Source: Rickettsia typhi
Lineage (GTDB): Bacteria; Pseudomonadota; Alphaproteobacteria; Rickettsiales; UBA1997
Reading direction: 5' to 3'
Length of the DNA stretch: 64,000 nt
NCBI GenBank assembly: GCA_945875925.1
Contig: CAMCME010000002.1
Location: forward strand, 1,119-65,118
Shown piece after piece: positions 9,018 to 18,973 of the stretch. Position numbers and translations under genes: made by a program. The notes under the pieces were generated by a model, which had not been told where the DNA came from, did no database searches, and saw nothing but the letters and a program-made list of their open reading frames with translations. Within the stretch, counting starts at the first letter, position 1; each line of letters opens with the position of its first letter.

Positions 9018-10976
9018 CTATCTGCCTTTATCCCACACAATAAAAGGAGAAAGACCGAGTTTCCACTTAATATAATCTTTTGAAATAATGCGCACCCATC
9101 TTATTATTATATCGTCAACTTCATTATTAAGTGCTTGTGCTATAGATAATTTTTCAATCTCAGTTGCCCAAGATCCACAGCTAAATAAAAATATTTTATC
9201 AGCATGATCTTTGATCATTTCATGATTTAAGATTTCTTGATAACTACTATGATTCCGATAGCTCTCTCCACCATCGTTAATAATATCTGCAGTTATTCTT
9301 AACATCATTTCTTGTAATAATTTTTCACCATCTGCAATTTCAGAAAAGGCCGATTTTAGAATTGCGAAACTCACTTCCATTTTATCAAAAATTTCTCTTC
9401 TTAATTTTGACATTTTATCTCGGTGCCAATCCATAAAGAAGGCAATGTCGGATATTTTATAAAGAGAAATAAAATGATGATCTTCGTCACCAGAAATTTT
9501 CAGAATTGGTTCTGGAAAATAAAATGGGGCCTGAGACAAATTAATAGATCTTTTTTGCGAATTATCAGAGTTAATTTCCAGATCATTAATCTTTTCATCA
9601 TAGCTATCGAAGATAAAATATTCAGATTCACTATCGCGAATATTCTCAAGAAGAGACCAAATATTGGCAATTGGCAAATATGGCGCTACATCTAAACAAA
9701 CAACTAAATCAGCTTTTGGAATAAACTCATTACTCGCATCTAAAGTGATGAAAGTTTTATTTTCTTCACCTGCGAAATATTTACAATTATCACGGATAAT
9801 TTCTTCAGAAATATTCACCCCAATATAGCGCAAATTTTTGTCGGAAATCAGCTGATTATTTGCAATTTCGTCTCTATTTCCGCATTGAATTTCTAGAATG
9901 GAGCTGATGTTTTGAAGATGCTGTTTGATTGCATCAAAATATGGTTTTACCTGTGAATTGTTAGTCGATTTAGCAAAAATATTTTTTACTTTCTCAATAT
10001 TTGAGACCTCTTGCCATTCTTCAAAAAGACCCTGTTTAGAATGTTCGCGTATTTTTCTGTTTCTAAAATCAAGACCAGAAAATCTTTCGTAATCTCGCAA
10101 AGTTCTTACATTTCCATGAGAATATTTTTCAATATCTTGTAACGCTTCTGGATTAGAAGAAATCTTGGTTCCAGTAATATGCAAAACTCTTTCTTTAGAG
10201 ATCGCATCTCTTTTATTGATTGCAGGATTATCATCCCAAACCAAGGCTCTGTCTTGTTGCCCAACTCCTATAGGATTATAAAGATGAAAAATTATAATAC
10301 GGTGAGGAACAAACAGATCATATCCAGATGTCCAGAGCCTTATCGCCGTAGTTATTTCTTCACCTAAAAAGAAAATAAATGGATCATATGGAATATTTCT
10401 GACATCAGATAAGGTAAAAGAAAATCCTGCTGAAAATAAGGCGTGATGAATTGGAGCGCTAAGATTTAAAGCATATCCTCCCGTAGTTCTGGCGACTCCT
10501 TCATGGCTAAAAAACACTCTTGAATTAGGAGTGTGACCACGAAGTTCTTGACCTATTTCATATCCACATACTGCGGTTGTTAGAAGCGGTTTATGGCCTT
10601 TATCAATAAGATCTTTGCAAGATATTACGCAGGTTTCATCCCAATTTTCTTCAAATCTCATATGAGAATCGATGGTTAGAAACCATTTCTCACCTTGCCA
10701 TAATTTTTGTATTTGGCTTCTTGCCCAACCAACTCCTTTGCTTTCCAAATGATGTATATTTTCAATTCTTAATTGATTTGGTCTTGGAAAAGGAATCTGA
10801 AAAAGACGAGCATCAGAGTCATCTTGCATATTATATTGGTGACATATTCCGATAAAAATATTTTCCGGTCTTTTGGCTTTTTTAAAAATATCTTGAAGAG
10901 TGTGTTGTAATTCTGGATCTCTATAGCTGGCTATTGAAACAAAAATACTATCGTCATCACTATATAAGTTCTGCAT
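9018..10976 (-). CDS. Multidomain protein: GlcNAc-transferase-like (GT60/PF11397-like) N-domain fused to a class-I SAM-methyltransferase-like domain and a helical C-terminus
   Basis: 652 aa. N-terminus has FVSIASYRDPEL..T..DI...A..PENIFIGICHQ and LTIDSHMRFEENWD, as I recall for the cytoplasmic Skp1 HyPro GlcNAc-transferase family. The middle has ILEIQCG..(19)..YIGVNIS...DLVVCLDV, a Rossmann MTase-like pattern. The domain calls are from memory. Confidence 0.55.
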   Translation of the reverse strand: MQNLYSDDDSIFVSIASYRDPELQHTLQDIFKKAKRPENIFIGICHQYNMQDDSDARLFQIPFPRPNQLRIENIHHLESKGVGWARSQIQKLWQGEKWFLTIDSHMRFEENWDETCVISCKDLIDKGHKPLLTTAVCGYEIGQELRGHTPNSRVFFSHEGVARTTGGYALNLSAPIHHALFSAGFSFTLSDVRNIPYDPFIFFLGEEITTAIRLWTSGYDLFVPHRIIIFHLYNPIGVGQQDRALVWDDNPAINKRDAISKERVLHITGTKISSNPEALQDIEKYSHGNVRTLRDYERFSGLDFRNRKIREHSKQGLFEEWQEVSNIEKVKNIFAKSTNNSQVKPYFDAIKQHLQNISSILEIQCGNRDEIANNQLISDKNLRYIGVNISEEIIRDNCKYFAGEENKTFITLDASNEFIPKADLVVCLDVAPYLPIANIWSLLENIRDSESEYFIFDSYDEKINDLEINSDNSQKRSINLSQAPFYFPEPILKISGDEDHHFISLYKISDIAFFMDWHRDKMSKLRREIFDKMEVSFAILKSAFSEIADGEKLLQEMMLRITADIINDGGESYRNHSSYQEILNHEMIKDHADKIFLFSCGSWATEIEKLSIAQALNNEVDDIIIRWVRIISKDYIKWKLGLSPFIVWDKGR

Positions 10977-11010
10977 TTCTATCTAGTTTATTTTTACCTT
11001 ATTGAAAATT

Positions 11011-12072
11011 CTATCTATTTACCGGATCAACATTTTCTAAATTCTCATAATGCCCTGAATCAAGTTCGTGTTTTTTATCAGTCTTGGTGCTAGCAATGTG
11101 AAATAAAGCATCTCCTTTATTGGCCAAAGGCAGCATTGACATGCCAACAATTATTCCATCTTCATTGGCTTTTATTAGAGTTCTGTGATCGCCAAAAGGA
11201 TTGGCAATTTCGCCAAGCACTTCACCTTTTTTAACTAATTTACCTAATTTTTGATGAGGAATATGAATGCCACTTCTTGGAGAGCGCACCCATGAACTTG
11301 AACGAGCAACAAAGATTTTTTTCTTAGAAACTTCGCAAACTTTGGCTTTGATCATGCCAATTTCGCGCATGAAATTTAAAATTCCTTCAACTCCAATATT
11401 AATTACTTCTTCGCTAAATCTTAAAGCTTCACCACCTTCATAAAGCAGCATCGGAATGTCTAAACCAGCTACAGATTCTCGCAAAGAACCGTCGCGCAAA
11501 TTAGAGTCGATAATTACAGGAGCGCCGAAGGCTTTGGCTAAATTAAAAGTTTTTTCATTATCGATATTAGCGCGAACTTGTGGATAATTATTGCGATGAA
11601 AAGCACCAGTATGAAGGTCAATTCCGTAGTCAGATTGCATCACAACTTCACGCATAAATTTATAAGCAAGTTGCGAAGCCAGAGAACCATTTTTCAAACC
11701 CGGAAAACAACGATTTAAATCGCGACGATCTGGCAAATAACGCGAACGATCATTAAAGCCAAAAATATTAACAATTGGAATCGCAATCAAAGTGCCGCGA
11801 ATATTTTTAATAACGCCCGATTTTAAAATTCTTTTAACAATTTCAATGCCGTTAATTTCATCACCATGAATTGTGGAAGAGATGAAAAGAGTTGGACCAT
11901 CTTTTTTCCCGCAAACAACTTCGATAGGAATTTTTACATCGGTGAAATCATAAATCGCACCCATGTCGATATTAACGCGTTTGCGTTCACCTCTTTTGAC
12001 AGAAACACCATCAATCTTAATAACAGTTTTATTTGATAGATTGGCAGATTTGCTAGAAATTTTATCCTGCAT
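11011..12072 (-). CDS. Succinylglutamate desuccinylase/aspartoacylase-family (M14-like) zinc deacylase
   Basis: 353-aa ORF with zinc-binding HGDEINGIE, a later DLHTG histidine, and a C-terminal beta-rich extension typical of this family. Confidence 0.75.
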   Translation of the reverse strand: MQDKISSKSANLSNKTVIKIDGVSVKRGERKRVNIDMGAIYDFTDVKIPIEVVCGKKDGPTLFISSTIHGDEINGIEIVKRILKSGVIKNIRGTLIAIPIVNIFGFNDRSRYLPDRRDLNRCFPGLKNGSLASQLAYKFMREVVMQSDYGIDLHTGAFHRNNYPQVRANIDNEKTFNLAKAFGAPVIIDSNLRDGSLRESVAGLDIPMLLYEGGEALRFSEEVINIGVEGILNFMREIGMIKAKVCEVSKKKIFVARSSSWVRSPRSGIHIPHQKLGKLVKKGEVLGEIANPFGDHRTLIKANEDGIIVGMSMLPLANKGDALFHIASTKTDKKHELDSGHYENLENVDPVNR

Positions 12073-12214
12073 TATTTTTGCATTAAATTGTTAGTCATAT
12101 CAAAATATAAAGGCTTGCCGCTTGAGAATTTTGGCTCATAAAGCGCATTGACAAAGTGGATTTCTTTTTCACAATCGCACCTTCTCTCATAAGTCTTCCG
12201 AACCAATTGCAATC

Positions 12215-12718
12215 TTGATTCAAAATAACATGACCATTACAGATAATAAAATCCTAATCATAGACAATGTTTTTACGCAAGCCGAATGTTCAGCCTTAAT
12301 TGAATATTATAATATTAGCGGCCCCACCCATAAATGGCAGAATTTTCTGCCGATGACTATAAAACAAAATGATGAGTTTTTAAGCCCTAGAATTAAGAAA
12401 ATAGAAAATTTAGCAAAAAATAATTTTGATCAAAATATAGTTATCGATTGGTGTGAAATTGTTAGATGGCCTGTTGAAGCTTTCCAAAATTTGCATTTGG
12501 ACACTTCAAATAAAAACACCATTTTAACATCAATCACTTATTTGAATAATGAATATGATGGCGGCCAAACTTTTATATATGAAGATATTGAGGTCATTCC
12601 AAAAATAGGCAGAACGGTGATTTTTAACGGCCAATTTTACAAACATGGTGTGAGAAAAATTCTATCAGGATCAAGATATACTTTACCAATTTGGTATAAA
12701 ATGAATGATGCTGTTTAA
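12215..12718 (+). CDS. 2OG-Fe(II) dioxygenase, prolyl 4-hydroxylase-like (paralogue 1)
   Basis: HxD...H...R triad (HLDTS, YKHGV, SGSRYTLPIWY) and YLNNEYDGGQT motif. The likely start is the ATG at 12230 rather than the TTG at 12215. Confidence 0.7.
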   Translation: MIQNNMTITDNKILIIDNVFTQAECSALIEYYNISGPTHKWQNFLPMTIKQNDEFLSPRIKKIENLAKNNFDQNIVIDWCEIVRWPVEAFQNLHLDTSNKNTILTSITYLNNEYDGGQTFIYEDIEVIPKIGRTVIFNGQFYKHGVRKILSGSRYTLPIWYKMNDAV

Positions 12719-12850
12719 GCTAAAATTTATAGCATGTTTTTGCTGCTAAAAAATCTAGGAATGAAGCAATTTATCTTTGCTTGATTATTTCCAAGCTGGA
12801 TCCTAGAAGGAAATCAAATTTACAATTACTCGAAAATAAATAAGTTCAAA

Positions 12851-13372
12851 ATGTCCTCTACAAACAATAAAATCATAGTCCTAGATAATGTTTTTACCAA
12901 AGAAGAATGTTTATCAATGACCTCTTATTATGATAACAACATCTCATCTTCTCAATTCAGCAAAGAAACTCTAAATAACTTTATCGACATCAATCTAAAT
13001 GATAGTTTTTTATCTCCTAAAATTAGAAAAGTAGAAAACATCGCCAGAAATAATTATGATCCAAATATAGGAATTGATTGGGGCCATGTTGTAAATTGGC
13101 CAGTTGGAGCTTCTCATAATTTGCATCTTGATTTCAGAAAACAAGACACCGTTTTATCATCAATAACATATTTAAATGATGATTACACTGGCGGAGAAAC
13201 CTTCATAAAAGATGATTTACAGATTATTCCAAAGGTGGGCAGAACTATATTTTTTAATGGTCAGCAATATGTACATGGTGTGAAAAAAATCTTATCAGGA
13301 TCAAGATATTCTTTACCACTTTGGTATAAAATGTATGACCCTGCTTTAAACGGACCGAAAATTACGCGTTAG
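12851..13372 (+). CDS. 2OG-Fe(II) dioxygenase, prolyl 4-hydroxylase-like (paralogue 2)
   Basis: 173 aa. Collinear with the preceding ORF (HLDFR, YVHGV, SGSRYSLPLWY, YLNDDYTGGET). Tandem duplicate. Confidence 0.7.
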   Translation: MSSTNNKIIVLDNVFTKEECLSMTSYYDNNISSSQFSKETLNNFIDINLNDSFLSPKIRKVENIARNNYDPNIGIDWGHVVNWPVGASHNLHLDFRKQDTVLSSITYLNDDYTGGETFIKDDLQIIPKVGRTIFFNGQQYVHGVKKILSGSRYSLPLWYKMYDPALNGPKITR

Positions 13373-13375
13373 AAT

Positions 13376-14323
13376 TTATATTTTTGGACGATTTAAAAAC
13401 GCATAAGATAAAATTTTATAGCATAATTTCGCCGCCAAGAAATCGCATGAATGTAACAATTTTACAGGCGCTAATTCTACCACATCGGCGCCCACAATAT
13501 TACAAATTTTACTAGCTTCGCGAATAATATCTAAAGCATCTTCCCACATCATTCCACCTGGTTCTGGAGTTCCTGTTGCTTGCATTAAACTTGAATCGAA
13601 TCCATCCAAATCAAAGGTTACAAAAACTGGGCGACCTCTTAAAGATTCCACAATTTTTTTGGCATCCCAAGTTCTTTTATCTTTGGCAAAGTGAATGGTG
13701 ATGCGGTGCGCATTGGCTTCAAGATAAGGAATTTCGCTGGCTGAAATATTGCGAATTCCGCAAGAAATTAAAGTTGAGATTGGATTGTCCATCACACGGC
13801 GAAGTGCGGCGGCGTGAGAATAATGTTCGCCATCATAACCATCGCGAAGATCAGCGTGAGCATCAAAATGCAAAATTGCCAAGTCCGGATATTTTTTTAC
13901 AAAAGGACGAATTGAACCCGCGGTGATTGAATGTTCGCCACCCAAAATTAAAGGAAATTTTCCAGCATCTAAAATTTTCTCAGTGATTTTTTCTAACTGT
14001 TTTAAAGATTTTACAACTGAACTTTTATCAATTTTTGGTTCTTTCAAAGTGGCCACGCCATATTTGCGGAAAGCTTCGCACCAAAATTCTTCATCAAAAA
14101 GTTCAACTTGTTTTGAAGATTTAATAATTGCCTTCGCACCATTTTTTGTGCCGCCGCCATAACTAACAGATGCTTCTAAACCAAATGGCACAACGATTAC
14201 TTTCGCTTCATCAATTGATTTTAAATATTTCTCTTCAACACCCAAAAAACCACTTTTTTGCGATACAAATTCTAATGAATCGAGTGGCGATTTTACTGAA
14301 TTTTTAGCAATTATTTTTGTCAT
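13376..14323 (-). CDS. speB: Agmatinase (arginase/ureohydrolase family)
   Basis: 315 aa with Mn-binding motifs GGEHSIT, HFDAHADLRD and VTFDLDGFD. Confidence 0.85.
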   Translation of the reverse strand: MTKIIAKNSVKSPLDSLEFVSQKSGFLGVEEKYLKSIDEAKVIVVPFGLEASVSYGGGTKNGAKAIIKSSKQVELFDEEFWCEAFRKYGVATLKEPKIDKSSVVKSLKQLEKITEKILDAGKFPLILGGEHSITAGSIRPFVKKYPDLAILHFDAHADLRDGYDGEHYSHAAALRRVMDNPISTLISCGIRNISASEIPYLEANAHRITIHFAKDKRTWDAKKIVESLRGRPVFVTFDLDGFDSSLMQATGTPEPGGMMWEDALDIIREASKICNIVGADVVELAPVKLLHSCDFLAAKLCYKILSYAFLNRPKI

Positions 14324-14332
14324 TTTTTGCCC

Positions 14333-15412
14333 TTATTTAGAATTTAAAATATTTACATGTCCCATCTTTCTACCTTCAGCAACCTTGTCTTTGCCATAAA
14401 GATGAATTTTAGCGCGGGGGTTTTTGGTGAATTCTTCTAAGTTATTTACTTCCTGCCCAATCAAATTTTTCATGTGACCTTCCGAGTGAAACTGCGTTGA
14501 TCCTAAAGACAATCCTGAAATTGCGCGAATTAATTGCTCAAATTGTGAAGTAATTGACGCATCCATTGAAAAGTGGCCAGAATTGTGTGGGCGTGGCGCC
14601 AACTCATTTACTAAAAGAGTTTCATCATTCATCACAAAAAATTCTACGGCCAAAACGCCAATCAAATTTAATTTATCGGCAATTTTAATTGCGGTTTTTT
14701 GAGCTTCGATTTTTAAATTTTCTGAGATTTTTGCTGGATAAATACTTTGATCTAAAATGGCGTTTTTGTGAATGTTCGTAAGTGGTTCGTAGCAAGTGAT
14801 TTCATTGTTTTTTGAGCGCGCTACAATTGCTGAAATTTCGCTGGTGAAAGGACAAAATTTTTCTAAAATTAATTTTTGCGAACCAGCTGATGACCAAGCA
14901 TTCTCGGCGTCAGCAGCATTTTCTAAAACAAATTGTCCTTTGCCATCATAACCCATTGTGGCAGTTTTTAAAATGGCTTTACCGAATTTTGTAAGATTTT
15001 TCTGCAAATCTTCCAAGCTTTTAACTTCAGCAAAATCAGCTGTTTTCACATCAATTTCATTCAAAAAACTTTTTTCTAGAATGCGATGTTGCGTAGTTTT
15101 TAAAACATCAGCATTTGGATAAACTGCTTTTAAAGAACTTAAGAATTCCACAGTTGCAGCCGGAATATTTTCAAATTCAAAAGTGGCAACATCAATTAAA
15201 GAGGCGAATTTTTTTAGAGCTTCTTTATCATCATAATCAGCAACAATAGTTTGGTTGGTGACAAAACTGGCGGGCGAATTTTTTTGATCGGTAAAAATTA
15301 CCGTACGAAATCCAAGACTATGCGCCGCAAAGCAAGCCATTCGACCAAGCTGTCCGCCACCAATTATGCCGATGGTTGAATTTGTTTTCAAAATTGTTTC
15401 TTGATTGGGCAT
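14333..15412 (-). CDS. purK: N5-carboxyaminoimidazole ribonucleotide synthase
   Basis: ATP-grasp with IGIIGGGQLGRM at the N-terminus and ELAPRPHNSGH. I place the start at the ATG at 15412. The track ORF extends to 15496 through non-conserved sequence. Confidence 0.88.
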   Translation of the reverse strand: MPNQETILKTNSTIGIIGGGQLGRMACFAAHSLGFRTVIFTDQKNSPASFVTNQTIVADYDDKEALKKFASLIDVATFEFENIPAATVEFLSSLKAVYPNADVLKTTQHRILEKSFLNEIDVKTADFAEVKSLEDLQKNLTKFGKAILKTATMGYDGKGQFVLENAADAENAWSSAGSQKLILEKFCPFTSEISAIVARSKNNEITCYEPLTNIHKNAILDQSIYPAKISENLKIEAQKTAIKIADKLNLIGVLAVEFFVMNDETLLVNELAPRPHNSGHFSMDASITSQFEQLIRAISGLSLGSTQFHSEGHMKNLIGQEVNNLEEFTKNPRAKIHLYGKDKVAEGRKMGHVNILNSK

Positions 15413-15608
15413 TAGCTGTTGAAATAGCTTTATATAGAGAATAGATTGATCTGATTCGATATAAAAATTCATCAGATTCAATGGGGATCCCTGCAAAGCG
15501 GGGCGCGACTCGTGTCGCGTAAAATTTAGAAATATATTTAATCTTGATTAAAGATATTTAAAAGAAGCGCGGGAAAATAGTTTTTACGCAAAATTAATCA
15601 ATAAATTT

Positions 15609-15788
15609 ATGGAAAAAAGAATATCGCCGGAATTATTGGAAATACTGGCCTGCCCTTTATGTAAAGGAGATCTTATTTATGATGAAAAAAACTCAGAATT
15701 ACTTTGCTTGAACGACAAACTTGCTTACAAAATTATTGATGGAACTCCGATCATGTTGATTGATCAAGCGAGAAAAATAGAAGAATAA
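15609..15788 (+). CDS. Trm112/UPF0434-family small protein
   Basis: 59-aa ORF below the track cutoff: MEKRISPELLEILACPLCKGDL..L.C....LAYKIIDGTPIMLIDQA. This is the typical Trm112p-like sequence. Confidence 0.7.
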   Translation: MEKRISPELLEILACPLCKGDLIYDEKNSELLCLNDKLAYKIIDGTPIMLIDQARKIEE

Positions 15789-15801
15789 ATTAATTAAAAA
15801 C

Positions 15802-16485
15802 ATGGGCCGCAAATTTATACCCGTTAGAAAAGCCAAAAGAATGAAGAAATCTTCGCGTCAATGGCTGCTGCGTCAAATTAATGATCCATTTGTGGAAAAG
15901 GCTAAATCTGAAGGCTGGAGATGTCGCGCTGCTTTTAAAATTATCGAAATTGATGAGAAATTTAAGCTGTTTAAAAAAGGCAAAATTGTGGTCGATTTAG
16001 GTGCGGCACCGGGCGGCTGGAGTCAATATGTTGTAACCAAAGTTGGCGACGGAAGAGTTGTGGCAATTGACTTGCTTGAAATGGATGGCCTTCCTGGAGT
16101 TCTTTCTTTTCAGCAAGATTTTTTGGTTCCCGAAGCTTCAGAAAAAATTATCGAACTTCTTAAAACTATTGAGAGAAATAAAATTGGTCGCTGCGATGTA
16201 GTATTGTCGGACATGGCGGCAAACACCACGGGAGACGCTGGAACTGACCATTTACGCATCATTGATCTTTTGGAAGGCGCACTAGATTTGTCAGCAAAAA
16301 TTTTAACCAATGGCGGAAGTTTTGTTGGCAAAATTTTCCAAGGCGGAAGCTCTGATGAAATAATCAAAAAACTGCGTCAAAATTTTTCAATCGTGAAATA
16401 TTTCAAACCAAATTCTTCAAGAAAAGATTCAACTGAAACTTATTTGGTGGCTCTTGGATTTAGGAGCAACCTAAACATTAATTAG
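15802..16485 (+). CDS. rlmE: 23S rRNA (uridine2552-2'-O)-methyltransferase RlmE/FtsJ
   Basis: 227 aa with SSRQWL.RQ..D.FV..AK..GWR.RAA.K, SAM motif VVDLGAAPGGWSQ and DVVLSDMA. Confidence 0.92.
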   Translation: MGRKFIPVRKAKRMKKSSRQWLLRQINDPFVEKAKSEGWRCRAAFKIIEIDEKFKLFKKGKIVVDLGAAPGGWSQYVVTKVGDGRVVAIDLLEMDGLPGVLSFQQDFLVPEASEKIIELLKTIERNKIGRCDVVLSDMAANTTGDAGTDHLRIIDLLEGALDLSAKILTNGGSFVGKIFQGGSSDEIIKKLRQNFSIVKYFKPNSSRKDSTETYLVALGFRSNLNIN

Positions 16486-16490
16486 AAGTA

Positions 16491-17546
16491 ATGAAAACTT
16501 ATACAGAATTGCCATCGTCCAAAAAAACAACTCTTCCTGAAATAGAGAATTTATCAGGAGTAGTTGAAGAAAAGATTAAGAATGTCTTTATAAAAAATAT
16601 TGTAAAAAAATTTCTTGAAAATCTAGAATCACAAGAAGAAATATATGAAATCAACTCATTTATCGATACTTATAGTGAAGATCACGGGCAGAAATGTGAG
16701 GCATTTGTCCGAGCCATTAAAATGATGCGTTCCTTTACAGAAGGAAAATCAAAACCTAGCAATAGGGATATTGATAGGTTTGATAGTTTTGTAAAAAGTG
16801 TTGGAGTAGATTTTTGTTTTCAACTTACCAATGAGAGTAATGGATTGCTGCATTGCTTAACTCAGATTGGTGGACCACTAGAATTTCTAGAAGTTCTAAA
16901 AAATAATAATGCCGATTTTGCTTCCTCTAAAAGCGATTACCTTAACACACCGCTTCTTTGGGCAATAGCAAATGCCCAAAATGATTTCGCTGTAAGTTTT
17001 CTAGATTTCTCTTCTACCAATAATCTAGATGTCGGAATTGATCATCGCGCTTATGGTCACAATACCGCCTTGCATTTGGCCGCTGCAAAGGGATATGTCG
17101 ATCAAGATTATGACAAGGTAAAATTAAGAACATCAAGCGCCCAACTTACTCAAAATCTTATTAACAACGGCGCCAATCCTAATATTCTAAATGATCTTCA
17201 GTATAGCCCTCTTGACTTGGCGGTAATTCGTGGGGATTTAGAAACTACTCAAGCAATTTGTTCATCTTCAATTCTCAGCCACGAAACAATTACAAAGGCA
17301 CAAACTATAATTGAGGAAAGACAAAAAAATTCTCAGAACAATCCTGAATCTGCTAAAGAAGTAATATCTTTAATAACCCCAGAAAAAACTTTTCTAAATC
17401 CAAATGCAGGCAATTTTACAATAGAAAATATTCAAGAATTACAGAATTTATTAGAACAGACAAAATCTAAAGGACCAAGTAGCGCTATATCTCTATCAAA
17501 AGCAAATTCACTTATGCCCATCTCTGAACGCTGCATAATTTCATAA
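16491..17546 (+). CDS. Ankyrin-repeat protein (candidate host-interaction effector)
   Basis: 351 aa with at least three ANK-like units (TPLLWAIANAQNDFAVSFL; NTALHLAAAKGY; SPLDLAVIRGDLETTQAI preceded by LINNGANPN). No signal peptide. Confidence 0.7.
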   Translation: MKTYTELPSSKKTTLPEIENLSGVVEEKIKNVFIKNIVKKFLENLESQEEIYEINSFIDTYSEDHGQKCEAFVRAIKMMRSFTEGKSKPSNRDIDRFDSFVKSVGVDFCFQLTNESNGLLHCLTQIGGPLEFLEVLKNNNADFASSKSDYLNTPLLWAIANAQNDFAVSFLDFSSTNNLDVGIDHRAYGHNTALHLAAAKGYVDQDYDKVKLRTSSAQLTQNLINNGANPNILNDLQYSPLDLAVIRGDLETTQAICSSSILSHETITKAQTIIEERQKNSQNNPESAKEVISLITPEKTFLNPNAGNFTIENIQELQNLLEQTKSKGPSSAISLSKANSLMPISERCIIS

Positions 17547-17582
17547 ATGCTTTTGAAAATCTTTTTTGTGATCAATGTTTAA

Positions 17583-18521
17583 TTAAACAACATTTCCACC
17601 GGAAATAATTGCTAAAATTTTCGGATTTTTTAATTGAGGATTTTTTTGTAAAAACTGCACTGCGCCAGCAATTGTAAGGGCCGAAGTCGTTTCAATTTTT
17701 TGATCCAACATTTCTGATAATTTTTTTTGCCAGAATATTATTTCTTCTTCACTGATTTCGCAAAAGCCAGCTAGTTTTTTTAAGTAACTAAATGACTGCG
17801 GCAAAACCTTTAAAGTTCTAGCTCCGTCAGCAACTGTGTTTGGCGTATCTTCATAACCAACAATTTCTCCTCCGCGCACTGATCTTGCTGCATCATTGCC
17901 ATTCAAAGGTTCGCAGGCAAAAACTTGAGCTTTTGGTGAAAGACCCAAACTTGCTAAATAAGTTCCCGAAGCCAAACCGCCGCCGCCACATGATGCAAAA
18001 ATTGCATCCATTTTACCAATTTCTGAAAGAGCTTCAAAGGCTGCAGTTGCTTGGCCTAAAATTATATCATCGCCATCATTTGGATGAATAAAAACGAAAC
18101 CTTCTTTTTGTTTATCTTCGGCAGCTTTATTCACATCCGCTCTTTTTTCTAATAACACCACTTCAGCGCCGAAGCTTCTGGTGGCAGCAATTTTCACGGG
18201 TGAAGCTTTGGTAATCATGTAAATTAAGGCTGGCACCCCAAACTCTTTACAAGCACAAGCAATTGCCTGAGCGTGGTTTCCCGAACTTTGCGCCACAACT
18301 TTATCTGGAAATTTTCCGAATTTTTCTTTGTAAGCCAAAAGAGAATTGAAAGCGCCGCGAGCTTTGAAAGACTTGGTTTTTTGCTGATTTTCCATTTTCA
18401 GAAAAATCTGCGCGCCCAATTCTTGATTTAATTTTTCGTTAGAAATTACAGGAGTTTTTTCGATGTAATTTTCAAGGCGTCTAGCTGCAATTTTTACTTG
18501 CTCAAAATTTAATTCGGTCAT
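17583..18521 (-). CDS. PLP-dependent threonine/serine dehydratase-family enzyme
   Basis: 312 aa with PLP-lysine motif KSFKARGAFN, the SSGNHAQA pattern and a GGGGL glycine loop. Confidence 0.8.
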   Translation of the reverse strand: MTELNFEQVKIAARRLENYIEKTPVISNEKLNQELGAQIFLKMENQQKTKSFKARGAFNSLLAYKEKFGKFPDKVVAQSSGNHAQAIACACKEFGVPALIYMITKASPVKIAATRSFGAEVVLLEKRADVNKAAEDKQKEGFVFIHPNDGDDIILGQATAAFEALSEIGKMDAIFASCGGGGLASGTYLASLGLSPKAQVFACEPLNGNDAARSVRGGEIVGYEDTPNTVADGARTLKVLPQSFSYLKKLAGFCEISEEEIIFWQKKLSEMLDQKIETTSALTIAGAVQFLQKNPQLKNPKILAIISGGNVV

Positions 18522-18530
18522 TGCTTGAAG

Positions 18531-18944
18531 TTATTTAGCAAATAATTGGGATATGTCTTTAAAGGCTTTAAATTCAAGGGCGTTGCCACTTGGATCACAA
18601 AAAAACATCGTGGCTTGTTCGCCAGTTTGGCCTTTAAATCTAATGTAAGGTTCGATCACAAATTTTACATTGTGAGACTTTAAGCGATCTGCAAAGTCGT
18701 GCCATTGTTGCCAATCTAAAACTACGCCGAAATGAGGAACCGGAACGCCGTGGCCGTCAACTGCATTTACAATTGTTTCGCTTTTTTGGGGATGTAAATG
18801 AGTGACAAATTGATGACCGAAAAAATTCCAATCAATCCAAGACTCGCTTGAGCGACCTTCAGAGAAGCCGAGAAATTCACCGTAAAATTGACGAGTTTTT
18901 TTTAGATCACTGACAGGAACCGCTAAATGAAAGGGCTGAAGCAT
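18531..18944 (-). CDS. VOC (glyoxalase/dioxygenase-fold) family protein
   Basis: 137 aa starting FHLAVPV.DL...R.FY...LG, with a C-terminal [10 protein letters not shown] pattern. Confidence 0.7.
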   Translation of the reverse strand: MLQPFHLAVPVSDLKKTRQFYGEFLGFSEGRSSESWIDWNFFGHQFVTHLHPQKSETIVNAVDGHGVPVPHFGVVLDWQQWHDFADRLKSHNVKFVIEPYIRFKGQTGEQATMFFCDPSGNALEFKAFKDISQLFAK

Positions 18945-18973
18945 GAGGATTACTTAACAATTTATTCGTGAAT

